Shown here one piece after another: positions 35,815-49,997 of a stretch of 64,000 bases of DNA. A program made the position numbers and the translations under genes. Below the pieces are notes generated by a model that saw only the letters and a list, made by a program, of their open reading frames with translations, was not told the origin of the DNA and made no database searches. How positions within the stretch are numbered: position 1 is the stretch's first letter; every line of letters starts with the position of its first letter. The stretch comes from Malacoraja senta (Eukaryota): contig JAXLNO010005895.1 in the NCBI GenBank assembly GCA_038087875.1, positions 1 through 64,000 of the forward strand, read 5' to 3'.

Positions 35815-38790
35815 AGCACTGGAACAGGCCCTTCAGTCCACGATGTCTGTGCTGATGATGATGCCAACCTAAACTGCACAGCTACCTTGTACATGATCTA
35901 TGTCCCTACATTCCTGGACTGTTCATGTGACTGTCTAAATGCTTGTCAAATATTGCTTTCGTATCTGCTTCTGCCATCTCCCTTGGCAGTGTATTCCAGG
36001 CACCTACCATACTGCAAAAAAAACTCGTAAATCTCCTTTCTTTCCCCACTTGTCTTAAACATTTGCCCTCTACCCAACGGAACAAGACGCTATCTAGCCT
36101 ATCTATGCCCCTTGTAATTTTATATATTTACTAGACCAAGTGCAGACCCGTTGGGTCTGGTCCCCGAACGTGCTTCAGACCCCGGTGGTGAAAATGGGTT
36201 TAAAAAAGATGGCGTCGTTTTGTGAAAAAACTGGAGGGATTCTGGGAAAAAAAGATGGCGTCGTTTTAGGCGAAATTCAGCGAAAAAAAGATGGCGTCGT
36301 TGTGTTTGAAAATCGGAAACAATCGGAGAAAATCACATGGGGGTTGGTGGGGGGATGGATGACACCCCGGGGTGTTGTTCCCGAACGTGCTTCAGACCCG
36401 TTGGTGAAAATCGGCAAAAAAAAGATGGCGTCGTTTTTTGAAAAATTCGGGGAAAAAAAGATGGCGTCGTTTTCGGAGAACTTCGGAGAAAATCGGAGAC
36501 ATTCGGAGAAAATCACATTTGGGTTGGGGGGGGAATGGATTTTATTAAAAAACGTGTACATAAACAGGTCAGAATTTAATCAGGAGTGGGTTTATGTAAA
36601 GATAAACGTAACCTCTTTGGAAATGGCGAAAAAGGTGGGCCTTTCTGCGCGTCGCGTGGGCCAGGGGCCGTATCAAAGGCGGCGCGGCAAAGTCAAGCAG
36701 GCCGTCGGACGTACAGACGGACGACACACACAGAGTTTTATATAATAACTAGACCAAGTGCAGACCCGTTGGGTCTGGTCCCCGAAAGTGCTTGACACCC
36801 AGGGGTGTTGTTCCCGAACGTGATTCAGACCCCGGGGGTGAAAATTGGCGAAAAAAAGAAATGTGAGGAAATGTGTGAAATAAAGATGGCGTCTTTTTCT
36901 GCGGAAATCGGCGAAAAAAAGATGGCGGCGTTTTCTTTGAAAATTGGAGAAAATCACATGGGGGTGGGGGGGGGGGGGGGGTTTGGAAGTGCTTGACACC
37001 CAGGGGTGTTGTCCCCGAACGTGATTGAGACCCCGGGGTGATAATCTGGTGAAAAAAAGATGGCGTCGTTTTTTGAAAAAATCTGGAAAAAAAGATGGCG
37101 TCGTTTTCGGAGAAAATCTAGGAAAAAAAGATGGCGTCGTTTTCGGAGAAAATCGGAGGCAATCGGAGAAAATCACATTGGGGTTGGGGGGGGGGATGGA
37201 TTTTATTTTAAAAAGTGTACATAAACAGGACATAATTTAATCAGGAGTGGCTATTCGTAAAGATAAATGTCATCTCTTTGGAAATGGCGAAAAACGTGGG
37301 CCTTTCCGTGCGCCGTGCGGGCCAGGGGCCGTATCAAAGGCGGCGCGGCAAAGTCAAGTAGGCCGTCGGACGTACAGACGGACGACACACACAGAGTTTT
37401 AAAAGTATATAGATTAGGTCATAACCCCCCCCCCCCCCAACCCCCCTTGCCTTTGGTCCAGAGAAAATTATCCAAGTTTGTCCAACCTCTATAGTTAATG
37501 CTGTCTAATCCAGCTAGCATTCTGAGGAACCTTGGCATCTTCTTTAAAACCTCAACATCCTTCCTGTTTGGGGTAATCAGAACTGTACACAACATTCTAA
37601 ATATAGCCTAAACAAAGTTTTATGCAGCTGCAGTATGACTTCCCAACTTCTATATTCAAATCCAAGGCAAGTATGCAATATGCCTTTTGTACCACCCTAT
37701 CCACTTGCGTGTCACTTTCAGGGAGCTATGAGCTTGCACCCCAAGATTCGATGATTCAATGATACTTTATTGTCATATGTACCTAGGTACAGTAAAATGC
37801 TTTTTTTGCATACAACCGGTAAGATCACCTAGGCGATACAAAAGTGTATTTTTGGCGCTGACAAAAATAAAGATTACATAGATACATAGATACATAGAAA
37901 ATAGGTGCAGGAGTAGGCCATTCGGCCCTTCGAGCCTGCACCGCCATTCAATATGATCATGGCTGATCCCTCTGTACATCAATGCTCTCAAAGATCCTAC
38001 CACTAACTGTATACTTTCCTCTTGTATTTAGTCTCCCAAAGGGCACCAACTTACACTTGTCTGGATTAAACCCCATCTACCATTGTTCTGCCCATATTTC
38101 TAACTGATCTATATCCTGCTGCATCCTTGACAACCTTTCTTATTAACAGCTCCACTATTTTTCTCATCACAACTTGCCAGTCAGCCCACCTACTTTTTCG
38201 ACCAAATCATTTGTATATTGCAAACAAAATGCCCCTGATCTCTGCAGAGCTATACTATTCACAGACCCCCAGTCAGATAACGCCCCTCTACCAGTACCTT
38301 CTGCCTTCCAGTAGCTGCTGCATGTGTGGACTTCCAAAAGGCCCAGCTGCATAACAGATGTCTTTTGATCTGCAAATGGCTGTCATTACCATCTTAGCCA
38401 GTGGTTCAGGATAAAGGATGATTTGCTTCCACTCTGGTTCTATGGGTTGCAAAGCTGATGAAGGCAAACCAGCTAACTGCCTTATTTTCTTACCTTTTCT
38501 ACCATTTTCAGATGGGTTTGTACTTCAACCCCAAAGTTCCTCTGCACATCAACACTTCCAAGGTCTTTGCTGTTTATTGTATATATCTGTACTAGAGGAC
38601 CAACAATACATCGTCTCAAACTTGTTTGGATTAAATTTAATCTGCCATTGCTCCATCCAACTTTCCGGTTGACCATGTCCTACTGTATTCTTAAGCAACT
38701 ATCTTTGCTATTTACAACTCCACCAGTTCTTTGTGTCATCAACAAACTTTCTAATCGGACCACAGACGTTCTCATCCCAGTCATTTAACC
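35815..38790 (-). mobile_element. Fragmented CR1 LINE(s), host of the Helitron dimer and a young CR1 tail (~37876-37968)
   Basis: Antisense CR1 3' tail (GGAACAGGCCCTTCAGTCCAC) and ORF2-like pieces (ATCAGAACTGTACACAA, GTGTCATCAACAAACTT). Confidence 0.6.
36131..37413 (-). mobile_element. Non-autonomous Helitron tandem dimer (units 36131-36748 and 36749-37413)
   Basis: Minus strand A|TCTATATAC... ends CAGACCC-AAC-GGGTCTG hairpin + CACTTGGT-CTAG|T; the identical 3' end recurs at 36749; no TSD. Confidence 0.85.
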
Positions 38791-41700
38791 TGTTGCGCAC
38801 AAATACATTTGAGTGCTGTTTCACATGTAATTGCCTCATTCTGTTTTAAGAATTTTGAAATTCTATAATGTAGTCAGTTAAAATAACAAATCCATTATCT
38901 CACTAATCCATTATCATTTCACCCTCTTGAGCTTCTCAGATGTTGTAATGTAATGTAATCTCATTTGACATCATATGGGCACTTTTTAAGATACTGCGTG
39001 GAAAATATCAACAATCTGTTCAGCCATGAAATACAAGCTCAGTACTGACATTGATATTTGTGGAAGAATGGCTGGCTGCGGACCAAGATATTGGAGTAAA
39101 TACATCTTTCTTCGTCCTAGCTCAACAATAAAGCAAACTTCATCGTGGATCAAATTATATTCTGTTATATCATGCAGTGTAAAAGTTGGGACTTAAATAG
39201 GTTAGCAGTGATACAATCAGATACTCGTAATAATTAATATAGTTGGTATATAAAAGTGTTCATTTTGAAGAAAGAATTTGGGATATTTGCAGAGCAGAAT
39301 CTTGAAATGTAACTATTTAGTGTACACTACATTGTCATAGAGATGAAGCTGCTGCTGACTAGAACTGAATATGGAAGTATTTTCAAACTATTACTGAATT
39401 TATTATGTTCGTTACTTATGGCACGCTTTAGATTCATTGCAGGTTCATAAGTATGCATCCCAAAACTCTGTTTTTAGAACATTTTGATGAATTAAAGAAT
39501 ACAATACAGAGTTAGTCGCTCAGTAGGAACTTTCAAAGACGCTGATTGTTTTTCTCTCAAACGGTACCATCAAATGACAGCAAATTTAGATGGGGGGCCG
39601 TTTTCATCTATTGGCATTTTTATTACTAAAGTACACTTCTTTGAACCCATGATTTTTTTGCTCTCTGGTTATTAACTATAACCAGTGAAAATAACTTTTC
39701 CCAGACTTACTTAACAAAATCCCTCAATTTTGAATATCTATTCATTCCTGTACCAAAACACAGGTCTAATTCTACATCGGTGAATGCCATTAAAATGCCA
39801 ATGCATTTCTTCTGATTCCTTGCTTGCTCTACCTTTTTTGTGTATTGGTCTATTCTCTGATTGCACCACCTGCTCTTTGAATGAGATGGGAACTTCACAC
39901 CAATGAATTTAAAATCTCGTTACATATATCAAATCCTTGTGATAACGAACCTACTGACCTTTACCGCCAGGCTGGGCTACTGATGCTGGCCCACACCGCC
40001 TCCCCAGTTGCTTTTATGCCCCTGTTGGCTCACACAACTTCCTCGGCCATTTCCAGGCCACACCTGCCACTGCCGACCCTTACCTGCACTCCGGCGGGCC
40101 TCAACCAATGAATCCACCTATCCTGGCCACCAGAAGGCAGAGGCCAACAACTCGCCTGGATTCTAAGCCCAGACCGAGAGTCTGAAGAAGCAGCTTGACC
40201 CAAACATCACCTTTCCATGTTCTCCAGAGATGCTGCTTGACCCGTTGATTAATTCCAGCACTTTGTGTCCCTTTGTATATTAATCAACGTATACAGTTCT
40301 TTGTTTCTACTAATACAATGATACTCTTACCCAGTAATCACTTAATTTGTTATAGCGGATAATCTTTAATAAAGGATGCCATCCTCCCCCCCCCCCCCCC
40401 TCACCACCCCAAAGTCCCACATATGGGTTTACAGCATTTCAGAGAATAGGGTTAATGAAATGTGCACTGTGCAACACTCAATAAGATGAAGAGACCCTGA
40501 AAATTGTCAACTAAAAATTAGTAGCTATACTTGGGATACCTGCTGTGTATATTGCACAGTAATGGAAGCAATAAAGTGATAGCAGAGCAGATAAGGACTA
40601 GAGTATGGCTCAATGACCTTTCATCAATGGCTTGCATCTTCCACTAGCATATAGGTTCACATATTCTTCCAATTGCTTGTCTGTAAATATAAAATAGATG
40701 CTGTAAATATGAAAATAGATGCAGAAATACTTGCAGTCTACCTTTGGAACAAAAGTTGCCTATTTCTACTTTCATTTCAAACGGCTTCTAATCTGAATTT
40801 TACACAACTATTTAGTATGTGCTAACTTTCAGATATTAACCATTTACATCTAGTTCTAAAATGCAATAGTTGTGTTCCCAAGAAATCTTGAGTTATATAA
40901 AATTGTTATAAAGACAGTTGTGTCAATGGGGAAAGGGGATTGACTCAAACTAGAGAGTTTGACTCGCAATAACCAAGTTATTTTTCCCACAGGATTTTCA
41001 AAAATAAAGGTCTTTTCATTACCAATGTTTATTTTTCTTACTGCAAGCTAAAAATACGAAAGGCTGTATGTTACATTGTTTAATTGAGTATGGTTGCACG
41101 AGTGTCATTCCAAGTAATTACTTGTCAATTTTAGTGGCCACTTGCAGTTAAAAGTAGCAGCTGTGCTCTGAAGAGAGAATAGTGTGATTAGTGTGAGAAG
41201 GCTACATGGACATACATTTTGTTGTTCCCTAATACTGTTTACATCTAATACAGCATTTTTTCTTCATCAATTTCTAATATCATTTTATGTGGTTCTCTAG
41301 TTCCCAATTAAAATCTTATTGCAACCAATTCAGTCCACATGATGCAAATAATGTTCCCATATTCATTACTCGCATTATATCCAATTCATGTTGTGGTAAA
41401 GCACGTTACAGCAGAACTCCCAGTACCTATAAAGGCTATAATGCTTTTTGTAAGACATTCTGTATTTTAACATTGTGCTTAAAGACCAATTCCATGTTCC
41501 CGGAAGTAAGCTATTAAACATTTTAACATTGCATACTTCATGGCGTTGGGAACCTGCATTGTTACTGGAATTATTTGCATTACAAATATTTTGTTGTCTG
41601 TGCTATTAATCAGTCTAACATGTTATACTTAAAATTTTGATTTAAATATTTTGCTACAGTCTTTAACTTGAAATTCAGGTTGTGCATTGATCCCAAACAT

Positions 41701-41809
41701 GTATTTTGATATTTTAGCATACATATCAACGATAAGAATGGTTCTTCACTTTATTTCAAGTTTTTATCTCCAATTGGTTTCTCTCCAATTGCTTTTATTT
41801 TCTCTGCAG

Positions 41810-41938
41810 ATCTAATAACAAAATTACTCAAGTACTATCTGAACAGCTGATGCCATTTCAATCCATGGAAATGCTTGATCTCAGTAATAACCAAATTTTT
41901 GAACTGAAAAAATTTCCTCCTCTACAGCTTCGATATCT
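41810..41938 (+). CDS. LRIG3: LRIG3 exon 4 (LRR)
   Basis: ctgcag|A; SNNKITQVLSEQLMPFQSMEMLDLSNNQIFELKKFPPLQLRYL; |gtaagt; 129 nt. Confidence 0.94.
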
Positions 41939-42269
41939 GTAAGTATATTGTGATTATTTGACATGTATGCTCTAATAGTTGTGCTGCAGGAGTTAAGCAT
42001 GGAGGTGGTTCTTAAAACAAAAAATATTTTAAATATAAAGGGTATCTGTATTCATAATGTTAAAACGTTATTCTCGAGTGGCTTTACAGCTTGTAAATCA
42101 ATCAATTAATTGCCTTAATTATTACTGTTCTGACGGCTCCAACATAGTGGTCGTAATAACAAATAAGTCGCAATCACAAATAATTTAAATTCATGTTGTC
42201 TATTATGTATTTAATGTAATGTCCTGAGTTTCTTCCTGAGGTGCTATTGAAAACAAAATCAAGAAAACA

Positions 42270-43200
42270 GTTCAGGAGGGGCAGGTTTTAAGGAAGGGTA
42301 TGCTGGTAGGGACGCCACTGCAGACAGGATGATAATTGTTGAGTACAGCTGGGTGAGTCTTGAGAATGACTGCAGACAAGATAACAAGGACTAGATTATA
42401 ACTCGTGATGACTATTCCGTTACACCATGGAATTTTCCCGACCATGAAAGCAATTGGACAATCAGCATGGCATTGTGCAGGGCAGATCATATCATACAAA
42501 TTTGAGTTTTTTGAGGAAGCAACAAAGGTGATTGATACAGATATGACTGGATGTTATGTTCATTGACTTTGGTAAGGCATTTGTCAAGGACTCTTGTGGA
42601 TGGCCAGACCAGGCTAATTCAGAGGATTAAGATGCATGGGATCCATGGTGACGTAGTCGTTTGGATTTGGAGCTGGCCTGCCCAAAGAGGGTAATGGAGG
42701 AAGGGTGTTATTCTAGCTGAATGTCTATGACCAGTGGTTTCCACCAGGTAGAATTAGTGCAGAGACGATTTTTAGTATGTTATCAGGTTTTGAGGGGCTG
42801 ATCAAGAGAGATTGGCCAGTTTAGGACTTTCCTCCTTGGGCTGCAGGAGGTTGAGGGATGATCCTAGAGTGTATACAATCATGAGGGGAATAGACTATAC
42901 AGAGTTATTAACCCTGGGAGGAGAAAAAAAAAAGAGGACATATGTTTAAGGTGAGAGGGGCAGATTTAATACAAACCTGAGGGACAACTTTTTCACTCGA
43001 AGAGTGTTGGGTACATGGAACAAACTGCCATAGCAGTTAAATGAAACTGCTGCTATAACATTTAAGACACTTGGGGGACAGATACATGGATAGGGAAGAT
43101 TTGGAGGGATATGGCTAAACGTGGGCAAATAGGATTATCGGGGCATCTTGGTTGACATGAAGTAGTTGGGCCAAAGGGCCAGTTTCTGTACTGCATTACA
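42270..43200 (+). mobile_element. Degraded CR1 LINE fragments
   Basis: GACTTTGGTAAGGCATTTG (DF.KAF), GAGGACATATGTTTAAGGTGAGAGG, tail TTGGGCCAAAGGGCCAGTTTC. Confidence 0.65.
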
Positions 43201-43879
43201 TTGACCCTCAGTACAATTGTGTGGTCCATCTCTGATATGTACTGTTTAGGTATAAATCACATACCCAAGTCCATTCTTCCACCTCTATTCATGTCTCTTT
43301 ATTCCTTACCATTTTGTAATCCACAAATATTGTGAAGATGTGACATGTTGCACTATAATCCAGTATTTACATGATTTCACAATATAGCAAGTACAAAGTT
43401 TCCACATTGCAGGTCAATCATCTTTGCAAAGACGTTTTAAACAGTTGCATTCAAATTGATTGGAGTAATCTCTGTTTTGGTTTGCAATATCCTGCCGTAT
43501 ATTGTTTCATGATTATGAACAACAACTTTAATGTATTGTAGGGTTCTGCACTGTTTCCTATTGTATAGAATATAATAAAACAATTCTTTGAGTTTTTATA
43601 ATATTAATCACATTAATGTTCTGTAAAAATTAATGTAATATAATTTAAAATATAAAATAATACATTTTGTTTAAGTATGCTTGCTTGTCCATTAAGCAGG
43701 ACATCGTCTTGCACACAAGGAAGCTGGGCTGGTTGATCTCTACCTTGTCTAGAAATGGATAAAACAGCAAGTCATTGGCTGGATTAAGAAATAAAATGAG
43801 ATTTGTTCAATGAACGGTGCTATAAATGTCTTTCGTATAGTTATACAGCTGTGTAACCCATATGTGTGATGTTGTTTAG

Positions 43880-44023
43880 ATACATCAACAATAACAAAAT
43901 AACTTCTCTGGATCCTGGTTGCTTTGACAATCTTTCGAATACACTTCAAGTCTTGAAGCTAAACCGAAACAAAATTTCATCGATTCCTTCCAAGATGTTC
44001 AAACTGCCGCACCTCCAGCACTT
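43880..44023 (+). CDS. LRIG3: LRIG3 exon 5 (LRR)
   Basis: tttag|A; YINNNKITSLDPGCFDNLSNTLQVLKLNRNKISSIPSKMFKLPHLQHL; |gtaagt; 144 nt. Confidence 0.95.
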
Positions 44024-44193
44024 GTAAGTTCTTGTAACAAAATCCACAAAAAGGAACTAAATTTCAAATGTAATTTTTGATTTAAGTACTGATCTCTTTC
44101 CTCCTTCCCCCTTCCACCCCACCTCAGCTCTCAATTTTGCTTAAATAGAAATAGTCATTCTGTAAGATTAACATTTTATTTATTTTGCTGCAG

Positions 44194-44337
44194 GGAACTT
44201 AGTCGCAACAAAATGAAGAAAGTGGATGGCCTTGCATTTCAAGGACTAAGTGCTTTGAAATCTCTTAAATTACAAAGAAATAGCATTAGTAAACTCATGG
44301 ATGGTGCTTTCTGGGGACTGAGCAACATTGAGATTTT
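44194..44337 (+). CDS. LRIG3: LRIG3 exon 6 (LRR)
   Basis: ctgcag|G; ELSRNKMKKVDGLAFQGLSALKSLKLQRNSISKLMDGAFWGLSNIEIL; |gtgagt; 144 nt. Confidence 0.95.
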
Positions 44338-44690
44338 GTGAGTCCTGTTTTTAATTGTTAAAAATCCCTTTATAAACAATGACATACCCCCAAAATAACC
44401 AATGTGTAAATCTTTGGATTTAGTGAAATATTTTGCTTCACCACAGTGTTAACTAAAGTTTTGTTTTAAACAAAGAAGTACTTGGTTCAGCTAAATATGT
44501 AAGAACTTGTTTGTAAAATGAGCTGCTTTCTACCTTTTTGGCCTCGCAGCTTTGGCAGTTGACTCTCATTCCAGAGAATCCAGCCACATGGCTTCAATGT
44601 TTAAATTACTTTTTAACTGCATGACAAACTGGGGAAAAGACAAATAAAACCCCTGTTTTAGGGCTAATGCAAGCGAATATTTTTTTTCAG

Positions 44691-44834
44691 ACAACTGGAT
44701 TTTAACAATTTGACAGAAGTAACCAAAGGATGGTTGTATGGCTTGCTGATGTTGCAGCAACTTAATCTCAGCCAGAATGCCATCAGCAAGATCAACCCAG
44801 ATGCCTGGGAGTTCTGCCAAAAGCTCAGCGAGCT
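44691..44834 (+). CDS. LRIG3: LRIG3 exon 7 (LRR)
   Basis: tttcag|A; QLDFNNLTEVTKGWLYGLLMLQQLNLSQNAISKINPDAWEFCQKLSEL; |gtaagt; 144 nt. Confidence 0.96.
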
Positions 44835-46642
44835 GTAAGTACCTTTTATTCCATTCCAGTTTCTCTGTGGACATCATGCCAAAATGCTGGCTTTGCAATT
44901 GAGGTTTCTTTTATATAAAGATTTCATGAAGATGGCCAAAGCAGTGTTTCTACGAGACGTGAGATACAATATATATATTTAAAACCACAAATGACTTGCT
45001 GGTTCTGTGGTGGGTGAGATTAGTTGTTTTTTTTATTTTTGGGACCTGTGTTCTCAAATGAGATTTGTTGGTAATACAATACCCTGTGATTTGGAAAACA
45101 TCTAGGAATCCAGATTAAAAAAACATACAAATTGTGCAATGATTTATACCTAGCATTTTCTCATGTGGACGACAGCATTAAGCATAACAGAATTTTCCTA
45201 ATGATTCATTGTTAATCTTTACTTTATGTGCTCTTATGGGGCTTTTCAAAGTAGGGGAGGGAGCATTCAAGATTTTTTTTATACCTCTGTTTGGGTATGA
45301 ACCCTTGCAGACGTTTGCTGGCATAAAACAGTTGCCAAACAAAGATTTCAATTGATGCTCCCATTTACCAGACCAATGTACAGTAAATGTGCCTTGAAAT
45401 TACCCCAGACCTCACTGATTACCCAATACCGATAGATTTTCAGGTCCGTTCACTTCAAACAGGCATCTTGACATTGTCAATCACTCGCCAATCTTTTTGT
45501 CTGTATCTCTGTCTGTAAAATGTCATCAGTAATTCTTATCTAATTTAAAAAGTGCAAAGATCATTGTAACAGTTCAATGCAGATAAAGACCATTGGTCCA
45601 TTTTGCCCACCAAATGCATAATACTTGGTTTACTTCTAGTATTCCCACTTTAATAATGCGGGTGGTTTCCCCACACTGCCTGGAAACAAATTGCCAACTT
45701 AAACATTTGGATTCTAGGATTTCATAAAACTTAGACTTGAAGCTTGTGATCCTGCTGTACAAAACTTCAATAATGTAATAAAGGTGACTGCATCTAAATG
45801 AATGCAGCATATAAAAGCGTCTCTCCAATTCCTCTGTGCTGGAATGAATTTATCTCTCGGGTTTTTCATTGGGCAATTTAGAATATTATAACAGCGCACT
45901 TTAAACAAATGTTTATTGGTTTTCTAGCTCGCTGCTATTACAGTACAAAATAGACCCTAGTGTATAGCTGACATTCTAAGCTTGAACACTCTCGATTTAA
46001 ATCAATTTTACTTAATTTGTTCAATTAGATACTGCTGGGCATTCTACACATATCAGCTATATTCTCCAAGTTATACATGGTTATACACACAGAATAGGTC
46101 CTTTGGCCCAATCTGTCCATGGTAATCAATGTGTTTTCCTGAGTTAGTCCCTTTTGCTTGCATTTGTTCCATATTCCTCTGCACCTTTCCTAGCTGTATA
46201 CATATCCAAATATCTTAAGTTCTCTTCTGAAGTAATTCTACAATATGCTGTCACGTTTGTATAAGCCTGGACAATAAATAATTGCAGGTTATGTAAATAT
46301 TGGACAAAACGATGAAGGAAAGTCTCACAAAACGTATGAAACAACCCTACCAGTGGTCTAGGCATTCTCCTCTTTTGTGGGCCATCAAATATAAATTAGC
46401 TGTAACTCTGTCCACATTATAAACTTAGATATACTGAAGTAAATCAATGCTGAATAAGTATTTTTGGACAAGACCAGAGTTCAAACTTGTTCATACCTAG
46501 TTTTTGTAGTATAACTGGTCGCTAGACAAATCTAATGAACCATGGATAATTAAATATAAGATTACTTTTATGTATTGGTATGAACTTTGTAATTCATCAG
46601 TTCTGTATGAATCGCTAAATTTATTTAATTCCCCATTGACAG

Positions 46643-46786
46643 GGATGTCTCATTTAATGACCTAACACGTCTGGAGGATTCCACCTTTGTTGGTTTGAGC
46701 CTCCTTGGGCAGTTATATATAGGAAATAACCAAGTGAGTTACATTGCTGATGGTGCCTTTGGAGGACTATCCAGTTTGCATAGTCT
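46643..46786 (+). CDS. LRIG3: LRIG3 exon 8 (LRR)
   Basis: gacag|G; DVSFNDLTRLEDSTFVGLSLLGQLYIGNNQVSYIADGAFGGLSSLHSL; |gtaagt; 144 nt. Confidence 0.95.
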
Positions 46787-48252
46787 GTAAGTTCATCTTT
46801 ATATATAAAATTATGGTTTTCTTCTCTGTAGTGTGTGACTTAATGTGTATTTTGAACTTTTGAAAAGTCGGTATAGCTATATAATATGAAATGTTTTTAT
46901 TCAGAAGCACCTCAGGTATCATGAAATGGGTTTCATGTTTATAAGCATAGTGCATATGAGTTAGCATTTTATTCATACCCCTAAATGCCTTGTTTACTGC
47001 AAGTGAATTTTCTAATTTTTTTTAAAGATTACTACTGTGTAATTGGATGCCTCTGCATAACTGTCATGCAGCAGCATCTAGAAGCAGGTTAATTTGTATA
47101 CCATTTCAAACCTTACACATGTTACAGTAGAGCTTCAAAGCCATGTTATCTTCAGAACTGCTTTGTATAACTGGAACTGATGAAGGTTACCTGAGAGAGT
47201 GGACCTATCAATTAAGCCTCTTTACAGAATAGGATAACTAATTATGTCATTGGTAGAAATTACTGTTGCAATTCCTGATGGATTTTTACAAGAGTAAGTA
47301 AGAAACCACAATCAAACTGTTTTCGGAATAAAGATTTGATTCTGGAAATTAACTACTAGTTATAAATCACAAGTAGTTTCAAAATGCCTCCCAGACAATA
47401 AAAACTTCCATAAGCAGTTTTATTTGAAAGATATACTCCGGTTAGTGATCAGGTTAGTTTGTCCTGTACACCAGTGTGTTATGAAGTCCTTATTCTTTCA
47501 CAGTAAATAGAATACATATAGTAATGCTAAATACAGGAGCAAAGCAGCAGAATAGTGTAGGAGTGTAAAATAATATTTTTGTACCAAAACTGAGTAACCA
47601 ATGCGGTAGAGTTAAGAGTGAGAATATGTGGCAGCATCTCCAGGAGTTGGGTGTGATAGAGATGATTTGTTCATGATTCGGGTAACAGCGCAATGGAGAA
47701 GAAGCTAGTCTTAAATCTGATCGTCAAGCTTTCAAGCTCATGTATCTTCTCCCAATAGGGTGAACAATGTTCTCGATCGCTACCCCGCATGTTGTAGATG
47801 CGGCTGACAACAATGGTATCGTTGTGAACTTGGAGATTGAGTTAGGCTATGCTATCATTGGTGTACAGGGAATAGAGCAATATACTGCAAACACATTCCT
47901 GAGGTATCTGCGAGGGTCAGGATGGAGGAAATGTTACAACCAATTTTAACCGACTGAAGTCTGCCAGAATTATTTGGTTCATTTTTAGCTTTGCATGTAA
48001 AGCTTGATAAAGACATTGAAGACACAAGATTTATCTATGGATTATTGCATGGCATTTCACTCAAATTTGTTAACTTAATATGAATTATGGCCTGTAGATC
48101 TGTTGCAGCAGATGAGTCCTTGCCCTTTTTGTATGGTGTTGTCAGGTTTCACAGAAATTTTAAAAAGGTATTTTGTACAATGCTTATTCTCTTTTCATTT
48201 GTATTCTCCACCCCTTGTCAACTGCTGTTCCCCCTCCCAAAACACTTGGCAG

Positions 48253-48333
48253 AGACCTGAAAAATAATGAAATCTCATGGACTATTGAAGATATGAATGG
48301 GGCTTTCTCTCAATTGAGCAAACTAAGGAAATT
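48253..48333 (+). CDS. LRIG3: LRIG3 exon 9 (LRR)
   Basis: ggcag|A; DLKNNEISWTIEDMNGAFSQLSKLRKL; |gtaagt; 81 nt. Confidence 0.95.
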
Positions 48334-48939
48334 GTAAGTGATCTTCATTTTTTCTCCAGTGGAAACATTCTGAAGGTGTCTGCATGATGCATTGTTTTGT
48401 GAATGTGAGCTTCATGTGTGTGCAAAGTTAAATCAAAACGTTGACTTAAATGTTTCAAGTGAATTATTTCAGGCTCAGTGAGCCCTTTGGTGTGGAATGT
48501 ATTGAGAATCCAATAGTCTGTGGGATGAGGAAAGGAAGTGTCCTTGAGGATACACTTTGATCAGGGCAGCCTGATACAGCCTTGCAACTCAATGCTTTTG
48601 GAATTGAATAGGGTTGAATGCTCAAGCAATACAATAAGACAAAAATATCGAAATCTGACGCATTAGAAAACAAAACTGTTAATAAAAAAGTTGGATTTCT
48701 AGATAATTCACAAATCTGTGTTGCAGTTTTTGGTTTCAAAATTGACCATTTGTAATTGTTAGTACCCGATGCCCTTTATTTTTATTATTTTGCAAAGGGA
48801 TTTGATCTTTGCTGAGAGGAGCATGCAGTTAGAATATGGAAAGGGAGATTTTATGTGAAAAAATGATACTGCTACTTCGTCCTCTTATTAAAAGATGCAC
48901 ATTTTAGATTTATTATTAAACTAAGTGCCTTTTCCCCAG

Positions 48940-49011
48940 GGGACTACAGGGAAATCGAATCAGATCGATCACAAGGAAAGCATTTTCTGGTCTGGATGCA
49001 CTTGAACATCT
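48940..49011 (+). CDS. LRIG3: LRIG3 exon 10 (LRR)
   Basis: cccag|G; GLQGNRIRSITRKAFSGLDALEHL; |gtaagt; 72 nt. Confidence 0.95.
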
Positions 49012-49997
49012 GTAAGTATTCTGGAATTCTAGCACAGATGGCGCTGAGCACTTAAGCCAATTGACTTTGGTGGAGCTATGTTTGAGCTATTCTGTAGAGT
49101 CTGCGTCCCTCTGTCTTATAGATCTACGCAATTTATTCCTGGAATATGTGGGAGCGGTTTGGCTTCTGAGGAACTGGAGAAATTTAGCCTCTAGTCAGAT
49201 GTTTAGAAGAATGAGAAGTGATCTCAATATGCACGGATTTAGGATGAACGACTAGATAACACAATGTTTACGTTTTTTGTCGTAAAATGTCAAACAACAT
49301 GCTAACCAAGGTGCCTTAGCTAAAACAGTCCCGTTAGCATGTATTTGGCCCATATATCTATAAAGCTTTCCATCTCCGCATACCTGTCCAAATGACATTT
49401 AAATATTGTTATTGAACCGCCTCAACAACTTTCTGGCAGTTTGTTTTGTGTATCTGACATGGTCTGCGAAATAGTTGCCCCTTTGGTTCCTGTTAAACTT
49501 TCCCCCTATCATCTTAAACCTCTGCCCTCTAGATTTTGATTCCCCTATCCTGGGAAAATTACTTCACACATTCACTTTATCTATTCCTGTCTTCATTTTA
49601 TACACTTGTGTAAGATCGCCCTTCAGCCCCCTTGTGCTCTAATGAATAAAGTCCTAGACTGCCCAACTTTTCTCTAGCGCAGGACATCAGCTCATGGCAA
49701 CACCCTCGTAAATCTATTTGGCAATTAAAAAATACTGGTGCCCTTCGTAAATACATAGAAACATAGAAAATAGGTGCAGGAGGAGGCCCTTCGAGCCAGC
49801 ACCGCCAAAATTTATTTGGCAATTAAAAAATAAATAGTGCCCTTTTAGGTAAACGAATAATTTTAATGCAATATATTTCAAATTGGGCAAAGTTGTAAGT
49901 CATTGAATGTCTTGGAAGTCTACAAATGTTGATATTTTTAAAGTTGGTGGAAACATGTGGATGATGTTATTTTTAATTGGTGTACCTTTTTTTTTAG

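Noticed and set aside
36140-36745. 201-aa ORF (and antisense 186-aa ORF 36673-37233)
   Set aside because: Low-complexity translations of Helitron internal repeats; no domain signal.
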